A stretch of 64,000 nt of DNA from a virus (Duplodnaviria > Caudoviricetes). Positions 55,135 to 63,536 of this stretch are shown piece by piece. Location: the IMG/VR virus record IMGVR_UViG_3300050491_000011; one strand, written 5' to 3'. The notes beneath the pieces are model-generated. The model saw nothing but the letters and a program-made list of their open reading frames with translations, did no database searches and was not told the DNA's origin. The position numbers were made by a program, and so were the translations under genes. The number at the start of each line of letters is the position of its first letter. Position 1 is the stretch's first letter.

Positions 55135-57321
55135 ATGACACTTTTGTATTTGGAACAATGGGATACGAAATATCCCAACGCGATTGCCGATACCCAGACA
55201 CGCCGCCAGACGTGGGTTAAGTTGGCAGCAAAGTACCAGAAGATGGGAGTGAAGAACTATTACTTCCACTTGGCTTTGCATAACCCTCTCTTGCAGGGGG
55301 TCGATCCATATTCGGATGACTTGACTCCTGCGCAACAGCAGATGATCTTGCTCGAGTGTTCCGAGAACTTCTGGTACGCTCTACGTGAGGTGATTCGTTT
55401 CCCGGATGCTGGTGGTGATCAGTATTTCCACTTGGATGCGAACCGTGGCAACATCGCCATGTTCTGGTGTATCTTCAACGCCTTTGTTACTTACGTACAG
55501 CAGATCCGTCAGACAGGTAAATCCCTGAACAGTCGGGCAATCATCATCCTGCTGCACATGTTCGCAGCTCAAGGTTCTGACTCCATCCTCTTCACCAAGG
55601 GTGACTTGCGTAAAGGCGAGATCAAGAACTACAAGGCTTATCGGGACGCACTGCCGAAGTGGATGTGGTACAAGGCGGACAAGGACACGGATAACCAGTA
55701 CGAATTCACTACGATGATGAATAAGAACATCACGTACTCGTACGTTCCACAAGGTTCTCCAGAAGAGGCGAACAACGTGGGTCGCGGTAAGACCCCTCGC
55801 TTCATCTACGGGGACGAAATCCCGTTCCTGCCGTACGCTGCCATTTCTCTTCCTGCATTGATCGCATCCACCACGGACTCCTTCGACAAGGCAAGGTCGC
55901 AAGGCCTGTTCCACGGTGTTCTCTACACGACTACGGCCGGTGACTTGTCAACGGATTCGGGTAAGTACGTTTACGAGAAGATCAAGAAGAAGGCGATGTT
56001 CTTCAGTGAGTCTCTGTTCGATGCTCGTAATCGTTCAGAAGCCATTGACATGATCATGGCAAACAGTAAATGCGAATCCCGCGATGCTCCGTTTGTGGAC
56101 ATCTCGTTTAACCACCTGCAACTCGGTAAGACGAACGAATGGCTGCGCGGTAAGATCGCGATGGTTTCAGCATCTCGTGACCAGATCGAACGAGACTTCC
56201 TTGGACGTTGGACTTTCGGTTCCGAGAGTAACCCTATCCCTGAGAAGATCCTCAACAAGATCCGTGACAATGCGCAACAGGCTCCGTATGTTCAGGTCGA
56301 AGAGAAGTACAAGTACCACATCAAGTTCCAGCTCCCTCCTGAGGAAGTAAGGGCTCGTAAAGCTGTAATGGGTCTCGATACATCCAACGCGGTTAACCGA
56401 GATGCCATTACTGGCGTGATGATCGATGTGGAAACCGGTGAGACGTTGATGACGTTCATGGTGAGTGAGATCAGTCTTTCTTACTTTGCCTATTGGTTGG
56501 CTCAGTTCATGGCTGACTTCCCGAACTTCACCCTGATCCCTGAGAACAAGTCCTCGTGGCTTGGTATGTTCGACATCCTTAACAGCCGTCTCCCGATGCT
56601 GGGTGTGGATGTGGGTCGTCGTATCTACTCGGATATCGTAGACAATGCTTACGGTTCTGATGCTGAGAAACGTACCTACCGAGATTACACTTCGGGCGGT
56701 GGTTCTGAGCGTAAGTACTTCCCGTTCCGTAACGACTTTGGTTTCATGACCACAGCCGGTAGTCGTGGCGATCTGTACATCGACATCCTGAAGTTGGCTA
56801 CTGTTCAACAGGCTGAGCTGATTCGTGAGCCTGCACTTATCGATGAGCTATCCAGTCTGGTAGAACGTCGCGGTCGGGTTGACCACAAAGCCTCTGGACA
56901 CGATGACCACGTAATCTCGTGGTTGATGGCTAACTGGTTCCTTCGTTTCGCCCGTAACTTGGATCACTACGGAATCGATCCGCGTAAAGTCCTTTCCCGT
57001 GTACGTTCTGTTACTGCCGGTAATGATCCTAAGGTCGTTGCCAAGAACCGTAAGCGTGAGAAACATGCGGTCGATGTAGAGATCCTTGAAGCACGTATCG
57101 AAGGTGCAGCTACTCTGATCGAACGTCGTTACTTGGAAGCCAAGCTGAAGTCTCTGATGTCTGAGGCTATTGGTGAGGAAGAGTCTGACGTAGTTTCCGT
57201 TGACCGTGTGGCTGTTAGTGAGAAGAACATTCAAACAACTGCTGCTCGTGGGATGAACCGAGATGGTCTGTTCGCAGCCGCTCGCAACATGCCTTTCCGT
57301 CCAGGCTTCAATCGTCGTTAA
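55135..57321 (+). CDS. terL: Terminase large subunit
   Basis: Walker A QQIRQTGKS, Walker B FIYGDEIPF, nuclease motifs VMGLDTSNAVNRD and GHDDHVISW. Confidence 0.93.
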   Translation: MTLLYLEQWDTKYPNAIADTQTRRQTWVKLAAKYQKMGVKNYYFHLALHNPLLQGVDPYSDDLTPAQQQMILLECSENFWYALREVIRFPDAGGDQYFHLDANRGNIAMFWCIFNAFVTYVQQIRQTGKSLNSRAIIILLHMFAAQGSDSILFTKGDLRKGEIKNYKAYRDALPKWMWYKADKDTDNQYEFTTMMNKNITYSYVPQGSPEEANNVGRGKTPRFIYGDEIPFLPYAAISLPALIASTTDSFDKARSQGLFHGVLYTTTAGDLSTDSGKYVYEKIKKKAMFFSESLFDARNRSEAIDMIMANSKCESRDAPFVDISFNHLQLGKTNEWLRGKIAMVSASRDQIERDFLGRWTFGSESNPIPEKILNKIRDNAQQAPYVQVEEKYKYHIKFQLPPEEVRARKAVMGLDTSNAVNRDAITGVMIDVETGETLMTFMVSEISLSYFAYWLAQFMADFPNFTLIPENKSSWLGMFDILNSRLPMLGVDVGRRIYSDIVDNAYGSDAEKRTYRDYTSGGGSERKYFPFRNDFGFMTTAGSRGDLYIDILKLATVQQAELIREPALIDELSSLVERRGRVDHKASGHDDHVISWLMANWFLRFARNLDHYGIDPRKVLSRVRSVTAGNDPKVVAKNRKREKHAVDVEILEARIEGAATLIERRYLEAKLKSLMSEAIGEEESDVVSVDRVAVSEKNIQTTAARGMNRDGLFAAARNMPFRPGFNRR

Positions 57322-57323
57322 CA

Positions 57324-57354
57324 GCATAAAGCCCGGCTCACGCCGGGCCTTATG
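57324..57354. terminator. Bidirectional CATAA-hairpin-TATG element
   Basis: gcataaa-gcccggc-tcac-gccgggc-cttatg between convergent genes. Confidence 0.75.
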
Positions 57355-57359
57355 TTCGC

Positions 57360-58628
57360 TTACTTCTCGTTGTGGTGCTTTGTGAAGGCCCGCAGGAGAA
57401 TGTAAAGAAGTACAGCGTTACGTACTGATGAGATCAAAACCTTGTTCTTGGACTTGATCGCGATAGTCGTAATATCTTCAGTAAGCTCACGCATCTCGAG
57501 AATCATCGGGTTGTTCGTACGACTGGCTTGATACAACGAGCGCATCTTACGAAGCAGACCTGGGATGTCAGAACTTGACACCATGGTCGATGGATTCTTG
57601 TTCAGGTAATCAAACGCATGCTGCAACGTGATCTCACAGATCCGCTGTACGCGCTTGTCAGCCCGAGGAGAGGCATTGTTGGACATGTACGACAGTGTGT
57701 TCACCAACGCGCTCTTAGGCATCGTAGGGACTGTCTTAACGATAACCTCGACCAACTCCGGGATGATGAAGTTGTTCTTATCGCTAATGATCTCCAATAG
57801 GTAACGGATGTAGCTCGAATACAATCGAGTCTTGTCACGGATCTTGAGCTCACCATCGAGTTCGATCTGCGCATCCGAGTTACGGATCTGAAGCGTTGGA
57901 TCGTGAAGCACGGTTTCAAAGACGTCCCGAATGTTCTTCAGGATATCCTTGATACGACCTTGAGTATCGTTGGCGATCTTGTCGATGTCTTTATCGAACT
58001 TGATCAGGTGGTTGTACCACAGCGTACCTTTACTGACGATGTCAGCAGCACGTTGTTTAAGCAACTCACCCCAACTGCCCGCTACTTTAAGGCCAAAGCG
58101 TTTTGATAGCTGGGCGTAGGTCGCTTGGGCGACGATGGGATCGGCGTCCCAGGTAAACCAATTAGCGAGAATAGATGTGATATACTTGTACTGGAGAACG
58201 AGAGCGCAAGCCATAGCGCCGCTGTGCCGATCACCTTCATTGAGTTTGTCCGCCGTCAGAAATTTATGGATCATCCAAAGACAGGCCAAGTTCATGACGT
58301 CGCTGGATACGTGCCGGTGAGTTACCACTTCAGGAAGAGCATGTAGATCATCCTCAAGGGAATCTTCATCCACGTCCATCACTTCATCGAACCACTTGTT
58401 CCGGTCTTCATCTTTGAATCGTACCGGATCGACGCCCATCAGGTTCCCACCGAAGAATCTGATGTGTACGTCATTCTTGTTTACGAACCGCTGTTCGTAG
58501 TCCATCACCTTACGAAGAAGCTTCTGATCAAAGACAAGGTGGGAGCAGTGATGCTCAAACACTTCTTTGATGTTGCGCATCGTAGGTGTGTGACCGTTGA
58601 TTGTATCTCGAATCATCGAAGTCCCCAC
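57360..58628 (-). CDS. Conserved phiKZ-like protein, probably virion-associated
   Basis: About 420 aa, helical, convergent on terL. The true start may be a downstream ATG (58616 or 58580). Confidence 0.55.
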   Translation of the reverse strand: MGTSMIRDTINGHTPTMRNIKEVFEHHCSHLVFDQKLLRKVMDYEQRFVNKNDVHIRFFGGNLMGVDPVRFKDEDRNKWFDEVMDVDEDSLEDDLHALPEVVTHRHVSSDVMNLACLWMIHKFLTADKLNEGDRHSGAMACALVLQYKYITSILANWFTWDADPIVAQATYAQLSKRFGLKVAGSWGELLKQRAADIVSKGTLWYNHLIKFDKDIDKIANDTQGRIKDILKNIRDVFETVLHDPTLQIRNSDAQIELDGELKIRDKTRLYSSYIRYLLEIISDKNNFIIPELVEVIVKTVPTMPKSALVNTLSYMSNNASPRADKRVQRICEITLQHAFDYLNKNPSTMVSSSDIPGLLRKMRSLYQASRTNNPMILEMRELTEDITTIAIKSKNKVLISSVRNAVLLYILLRAFTKHHNEK

Positions 58629-58664
58629 CCTGTTAGGGTTCTTTAGTCACAGGATACCTAACGC

Positions 58665-58700
58665 AAATTATTATAGTCCTACATTGTACTCTTAGAATAA
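58665..58700 (+). promoter_or_regulatory. Early promoter candidate, copy 3
   Basis: aaatta-ttatag-tcct-acat-tgtactcttag-aata, about 35 bp before an AGGAGG RBS. Confidence 0.65.
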
Positions 58701-58732
58701 CCAACACTAACCGACCGTAGGAGGTCAACGCA

Positions 58733-58912
58733 ATGAGCAATCAAGCAACTAATAAGCCGATCTTTCTGCGTTCCGGTGATGATCTTGACTGCGATTGCGG
58801 TCGACGGGGAAGCGTAAAGATTCCGTATAACCCAGCTCCAGGCAAAACCTCGTACCACGTTTTCTGTGATGATCATTACGATGATTGGAAGGAAGACAAC
58901 AAAGGGTCTTAA
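58733..58912 (+). CDS. Small Zn-finger-like protein (59 aa, not in the ORF track)
   Basis: Manual translation MSNQATNKPIFLRSGDDLDCDCGRRGSVKIPYNPAPGKTSYHVFCDDHYDDWKEDNKGS with AGGAGG RBS and a CxC...CxxH pattern. Confidence 0.75.
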   Translation: MSNQATNKPIFLRSGDDLDCDCGRRGSVKIPYNPAPGKTSYHVFCDDHYDDWKEDNKGS

Positions 58913-58914
58913 AG

Positions 58915-59103
58915 ATGTCTCAGCAAGAACCTTCAAAGCTCCAATCGGTTTGCTCTCAGTGTGGGCAGCAATCCGAAACGTTGTTCACCACAGCGTTAAA
59001 CATCGGCGGGATCAGCACGGTTGTACCGAATGTCTGTCCTCGTTGTATTTCTTCTAAGGGTGACGTTAGCAAGCATCTTGCCGACTACTCACCAGAAGCA
59101 TAA
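58915..59103 (+). CDS. Small Zn-ribbon protein (62 aa)
   Basis: MSQQEPSKLQSVCSQCG...VCPRC... with CxxC...CxxC; it starts 2 nt after the previous stop. Confidence 0.7.
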   Translation: MSQQEPSKLQSVCSQCGQQSETLFTTALNIGGISTVVPNVCPRCISSKGDVSKHLADYSPEA

Positions 59104-59134
59104 GGACTTGCCGGGGTTTTCCCGGCGCTTATGC
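59098..59134 (+). terminator. CATAA-hairpin-TATG element
   Basis: gcataag...gccggg-gtttt-cccggc-gcttatgc. Confidence 0.65.
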
Positions 59135-59171
59135 CGCTAAGCACGATTTCTAACTTCTTAAGGATTCCAAG

Positions 59172-59903
59172 ATGATCACCACTGACAACGCTCCAGTAAC
59201 CGCCCTGCAAGCTGCTTTCGCTCACGTTCAACAGGAACATCTGGTAACCGCTGCTGAGTTCCCAGTCGTTTGGTGTAATGCGCCTGAAGCCGAAGTCCTG
59301 AAAGCTTACAACGTCGACGACGGCAAGATGTTCCTCACCGAGGCTGAGTTCCAAGAGATCATGTCAAACTCCGCCAATCGCGCCAACGTTGTTCAACTCT
59401 TCGGTACTCCGAAGCGTGCAGATCTCAACGTAGACCTGTATCGCAACAAAGGTGTCGAGAACAACGTAGACCTGTCCGGCATGAAGTGGGTTATGGCTAT
59501 CCCTGACCTCGACCTGACTTTGGCTGAAGAAGTTCCAGTCGAAGTAGTTCCAGGTCCAATCGAAACCCACATGGGTCTCAGCGTACCGCGCGTCATCGCT
59601 CATGAGGTTCTGGACATCCAGGCTAAAGAAGAACCTATCGTCTGGAACAAGACCGATGGGATCATCGAATATCTCCACATCTTCAAGAACATCCCTACAA
59701 AGGACCTTGATGTGGAATGTTCGTCCAAATGCTTCCGTGAACTGATCGTCGGTCTGAAACGCATCCTCTGGTTCAATGATGATCTCAACGTCGAACTGGC
59801 GCGCCGTCTACGTAAGGAAGGCTTCCCAGTCAACTACGTTAGCTACAAACGTGAACTGACTGTTATCGTACACCCTGATGGACCTTTCGTCTGGAAGGTT
59901 TAA
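59172..59903 (+). CDS. Hypothetical protein
   Basis: 243 aa with TAAGGA RBS and strong codon bias. Confidence 0.75.
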   Translation: MITTDNAPVTALQAAFAHVQQEHLVTAAEFPVVWCNAPEAEVLKAYNVDDGKMFLTEAEFQEIMSNSANRANVVQLFGTPKRADLNVDLYRNKGVENNVDLSGMKWVMAIPDLDLTLAEEVPVEVVPGPIETHMGLSVPRVIAHEVLDIQAKEEPIVWNKTDGIIEYLHIFKNIPTKDLDVECSSKCFRELIVGLKRILWFNDDLNVELARRLRKEGFPVNYVSYKRELTVIVHPDGPFVWKV

Positions 59904-59918
59904 ACTGAGTCCCCTTTA

Positions 59919-59961
59919 CCTCGCTACTTTTACTCTTTTGAGTAGCGGGGTCTTTTTTCTT
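59919..59961 (+). terminator. Intrinsic terminator
   Basis: cctcgctact...agtagcgggg followed by a T-tract. Confidence 0.65.
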
Positions 59962-59983
59962 TGTCCCAAAGTTGGAGTTTCTC

Positions 59984-60556
59984 ATGCCTCTTAGATCCGA
60001 ACGCGATAAACTGCTGTTCCTCTACATCTCTTCCGATGTGCCGATCATCACTCTCGAGAACTACGAGAAGTGGTACAACATCTACGTCGTCTTCCCAGGC
60101 GATATCGTTGAAGCTATTCCAGGTGATCTGGTCGCTGAAGCATGTGGTAATCACGGATTACATATTGACCATGATTACCACCCTCAGCTTCTGCACAACT
60201 TGGCTAAGATTTACTGTGGTCAAGTCGATCATCTGGCGCTTGAAGTTGCTGCTGGTCGCTGGGTTCTTTCTGGGCACGGTAGTATCGGTGATACCGGCTA
60301 CATCGTCGATCAGGAATTTGAAGACACGATGTTCGAAGCCGCTGACGACAACTCGTTCGAGATGGAGCGTAATGTTCGCTGCTGTTGCTGCGTCAAGGTA
60401 GCACGGGAACAGTTCAAGGTTTCTCGCCGTATCGATCCTGTCGGTGAACACAAGCTGTTCCGCTTCTGCTCGGAACATCTCAAAGAGTTCAACGAAAATC
60501 GCCACAATTGGGTCGAAGCACACTTCAGCAAACCCCATCTGTCTCTCGTAAACTAA
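59984..60556 (+). CDS. Hypothetical protein with C-terminal Cys/His Zn-finger
   Basis: 190 aa from ATG at 59984 after GGAG. C-terminal RCCCC...FRFCSEH. Confidence 0.7.
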   Translation: MPLRSERDKLLFLYISSDVPIITLENYEKWYNIYVVFPGDIVEAIPGDLVAEACGNHGLHIDHDYHPQLLHNLAKIYCGQVDHLALEVAAGRWVLSGHGSIGDTGYIVDQEFEDTMFEAADDNSFEMERNVRCCCCVKVAREQFKVSRRIDPVGEHKLFRFCSEHLKEFNENRHNWVEAHFSKPHLSLVN

Positions 60557-60582
60557 CTACTAATCGACTGAGGAAGTCACGG

Positions 60583-61314
60583 ATGTTTAAAATTACAGCG
60601 CTGCACGTTATCGATGAACTGGGTCCTAAGTTCATGGAGTTCTTGAAGAAGAACCAACTGGTGGAGTTTGTCACCGATCCTGCTGGCTATCTGGATGAGA
60701 AGACCGTTATCGGTACTATCTTCTCGCTGGCTTACGGCAACGGTGTTCACTCCTCCCAGTTCGAGGAATGTAGTAAGCGCCTTGTTTCATTGTTGGGTGG
60801 GCATGTGCCTGAAGAGTTGGTCGATGAGCTTCTCTCGCAGGCACTGGGTTATCGGGATAGAGCTCAACTTCGTTCCAAGGCTGTAAAGCTGAAGTTCAAG
60901 TCGAGAACGTATTACTACCCGAGTGTGTGGCGTCACGGGATGACTGGCCGTAAACAAATCTTCGAGCCAGACTCCATTGCTCCAATCGACGTCAAGGTAA
61001 AGGTCATTGACTACTGGACGCTGTTCCAGGAACGTGGTTATGAAGATCAACCGACCACGTACTACACTCCAGTTGATTACATGGTTAAGGTGGCATTCCA
61101 CTACAACCAATGTCGTAAGACCTTGAAGGAATGTGCGCGTGACATGCAGATCCTGTCGTCTGGTCAACTGACCCTCGGTGATTCGTACAGACTCCTAGCT
61201 AAGGCGATGGGGTACGAGTCTTGGTATCATGCCAAAGTTTCATCCGCTCCTGATGAGAACATCGAAAACTTACGTAACCCACGTCCAAGCATCGGCGTCT
61301 ACGCCCAACACTAA
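60583..61314 (+). CDS. Hypothetical protein with a duplicated LxxxLGYxxW-type helical motif
   Basis: 243 aa from ATG at 60583 after GAGGA, containing LLSQALGYRDRAQL and LLAKAMGYESWYHA. Confidence 0.65.
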   Translation: MFKITALHVIDELGPKFMEFLKKNQLVEFVTDPAGYLDEKTVIGTIFSLAYGNGVHSSQFEECSKRLVSLLGGHVPEELVDELLSQALGYRDRAQLRSKAVKLKFKSRTYYYPSVWRHGMTGRKQIFEPDSIAPIDVKVKVIDYWTLFQERGYEDQPTTYYTPVDYMVKVAFHYNQCRKTLKECARDMQILSSGQLTLGDSYRLLAKAMGYESWYHAKVSSAPDENIENLRNPRPSIGVYAQH

Positions 61315-61326
61315 GAGTTAAGTCTC

Positions 61327-62823
61327 ATGACCATCCGCGAAGAAGTTATCGCTTTGAAACCCCAAACAACCGAACGTGAAACTCCTACTCGTATCTTCGG
61401 TGAAGCTGAAGTTCGTCAGACGTACATCACCAAGGCTAAGTTCGAAAGTGCTGGTCGGGGTTCCTTCAATCCTCTCGTCCTACTCGGCGCTAATGCCGAC
61501 TTCGACGGTAACGCATTGAGCAATCTGTTAGACGATGGTTTAGTGAAGTCTGAACAGTTAAAGCAGGTTCTTTTCACTCGAGGTTACCCGACAGACATCA
61601 ATTCCAACATCTCCCTTACTCCAGATGCGTTGGCTGATTACTCGCGCTTTATGTCTGAGCTGCAAACCACCACTGTTCTCGAGACAGCGGAAGCGGCCAA
61701 AGCTCTGATCATGGAAAGTAAACCTCTTGATGAGAGTGAGTACTTCAACCGTAAGATGTTAGCTAAGGCTGAAGCGACTGAACAGCGCATCCTTAAGTTG
61801 ATGGAACAAGGGATGACTCGCGTTGAGGCTGAGCAGGTAGTTGCTTATAATGCGGATCAGCTCAACAAGATGCGTCAGAAAGAATGGCGTCAACACATCA
61901 ACAGCTACGAGTTGGGTGGTCCTGACGATCCGAACCGCCGGCCGCTACGGAATGACCTGTACGACGATGCGATTGTCAATCGCCGGTATTCTTCGGTAGA
62001 GTTTCATGTGAATGCAATCGAGGACCACATCAACAGCATCCTGTCGGTCAAGGAGGCTGGTTGGGAAGGTCGGGTTATTCGTCTGCGTGAATTCCAAGCC
62101 AAGCTGCTGACTCCACTTGAAGAGCCTAAAGCTATTGAACCTGAGGAGCCGCCACCGCCACCACCTATTCTGGACTTCAGCACTGGTGATCTGGAAATGC
62201 CTGAGCGGTTCATCATCAAGGACCTCAAAGGCTTCGAGTTCAATCCAGATACCAAGTTCGATGGCCTACGTCTGCCGTATGACTCCTGCCTGTTTGTATT
62301 GGGTGATGAGTTGAAGGCTGTCGTTCTGGCTACTCAGGAAGACGAAGACGTCATCACTCTGAAGCTTCTGTCTGAAACCAAGACAGATATCCCTTGGCAC
62401 GCCACTGCAACGCTGTATGCGCGTCTTCAAGGCGATAAGGTTAAGGTTCGTTGGGGTAACACTAAACGCAGCCTGGATAAGCGTTTGGGTATGGTGTCGT
62501 CGATCCTTGCTTTCATCGCTGGTGAGCAGCTTAATGAAGTTGAGATCGAAACAGTTATCACCGCTCCTGAGCAAGATGTCCCACCACCTAAGCCGGGCAA
62601 CTGCTACAACGTGGTTAGTCTGGTACAAGGTCGTCGCGGTAAACGTACTGATTGGAAAGGTGGTACTCACGCCTCTCCTCGTGAACACAAACGCAAAGGT
62701 CACTGGTGGCCTGGCAAACACGGTCCTATCTGGATCAAGGCTACTATCGTGAACAAAGGTGTTCTCGGTAAAGTCGATAAAGAATATCACGTTACTAAAA
62801 TTGAGGAGGTTGTAAATGCCTGA
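61327..62823 (+). CDS. Multidomain hypothetical protein
   Basis: 498 aa with a polyproline linker (EEPPPPPP) and basic C-terminus SPREHKRKGHWW...WIKATIVN. Confidence 0.75.
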   Translation: MTIREEVIALKPQTTERETPTRIFGEAEVRQTYITKAKFESAGRGSFNPLVLLGANADFDGNALSNLLDDGLVKSEQLKQVLFTRGYPTDINSNISLTPDALADYSRFMSELQTTTVLETAEAAKALIMESKPLDESEYFNRKMLAKAEATEQRILKLMEQGMTRVEAEQVVAYNADQLNKMRQKEWRQHINSYELGGPDDPNRRPLRNDLYDDAIVNRRYSSVEFHVNAIEDHINSILSVKEAGWEGRVIRLREFQAKLLTPLEEPKAIEPEEPPPPPPILDFSTGDLEMPERFIIKDLKGFEFNPDTKFDGLRLPYDSCLFVLGDELKAVVLATQEDEDVITLKLLSETKTDIPWHATATLYARLQGDKVKVRWGNTKRSLDKRLGMVSSILAFIAGEQLNEVEIETVITAPEQDVPPPKPGNCYNVVSLVQGRRGKRTDWKGGTHASPREHKRKGHWWPGKHGPIWIKATIVNKGVLGKVDKEYHVTKIEEVVNA

Positions 62824-63148
62824 CGTACCAGCTGAATCCGAAATCACCCGCATGCGTAAGATTCACAGCGATGCAGTGATCGATCCTGATGCTCCACCGA
62901 AGACCATGGAAGAACATATCGGCGAAGTCGAGAAGTTCCTCACCAAACCTGCTGTACCGGCGGCCCTTGCTCCATGTGATGACGAGGTATTCAAGAAAGG
63001 TGTAAGTCTTGGTTTCTTCGACATGCCTAAACTGGAGGCGGAAGCTTACTGCGTCGAACAGTCCAAGATAACTGGACGTAAGCATGACTGGCACTATGTT
63101 GGTGGTCGTGTTCACATCAAGGCTATGCCTGAAGTAGAAGCTGAGTAA
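62816..63148 (+). CDS. Hypothetical protein
   Basis: 110 aa with GAGGAGG RBS and a C-terminal HDWHYVGGRVHIK motif. Confidence 0.75.
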   Translation: MPDVPAESEITRMRKIHSDAVIDPDAPPKTMEEHIGEVEKFLTKPAVPAALAPCDDEVFKKGVSLGFFDMPKLEAEAYCVEQSKITGRKHDWHYVGGRVHIKAMPEVEAE

Positions 63149-63151
63149 ACG

Positions 63152-63192
63152 AGTAGCCTCCCTTCGGGGAGGTTGCTTCATTCTTTTTTTTT
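63152..63192 (+). terminator. Intrinsic terminator
   Basis: agtagcctccc-ttcg-gggaggttgct followed by a T-tract. Confidence 0.9.
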
Positions 63193-63194
63193 GT

Positions 63195-63530
63195 AAGAAA
63201 TGATCTCGGTGCTTATCTCTATGCATCACTCTAATTCATCTTGGGAAAGAGGAGGAAGGGTGGTGTTTACGAAGTAAACACCGGGTTGGTGGTGATAGGG
63301 ATAGACTAGACTCCGTAGCGAAATGAGTGAAACGATATTGAGTAGGAGTATCTTTAGTAGCGAGGAACTCGCTAAGAGGAATTAAGTTTTAACAAAACGT
63401 CCTAATGATATTTATAGGGCGTGTAAAAGGATAGGCCTACTGCCTATCCGAGTGAAAGTGCTTTTATGCTCTTTACTTAAAAAGCCCTAATGAAATGTAG
63501 GCAACTGCTCTTAATTGTTTTTCGAGGATT
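63195..63530. other. Structured non-coding region (origin-like element, ncRNA or promoter cluster)
   Basis: About 340 bp with no credible ORF. Three perfect hairpins (63262-63282, 63358-63374, 63429-63449), repeats TAGCGA, GAGTGAAA and CTAATGA, and a purine-rich + strand. Confidence 0.5.
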
Positions 63531-63536
63531 TCACCG

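Noticed and set aside
31967-57321. Introns, inteins or homing endonucleases in RNAP, UvsX or terminase genes
   Set aside because: The ORFs are continuous and of expected size, with no intein splice motifs or LAGLIDADG/HNH/GIY-YIG ORFs seen.
58679-59057. Track ORFs 58679-58936 (-) and 58866-59057 (+)
   Set aside because: They overlap the better-supported 58733-58912 and 58915-59103 Zn-finger ORFs, the first of which has a strong RBS downstream of the early promoter.
63400-63500. CTAATGA plus GAAA words suggesting a hammerhead variant
   Set aside because: I could not build stems I-III by eye, and the core differs from CUGANGA. Kept only as part of the non-coding element finding.
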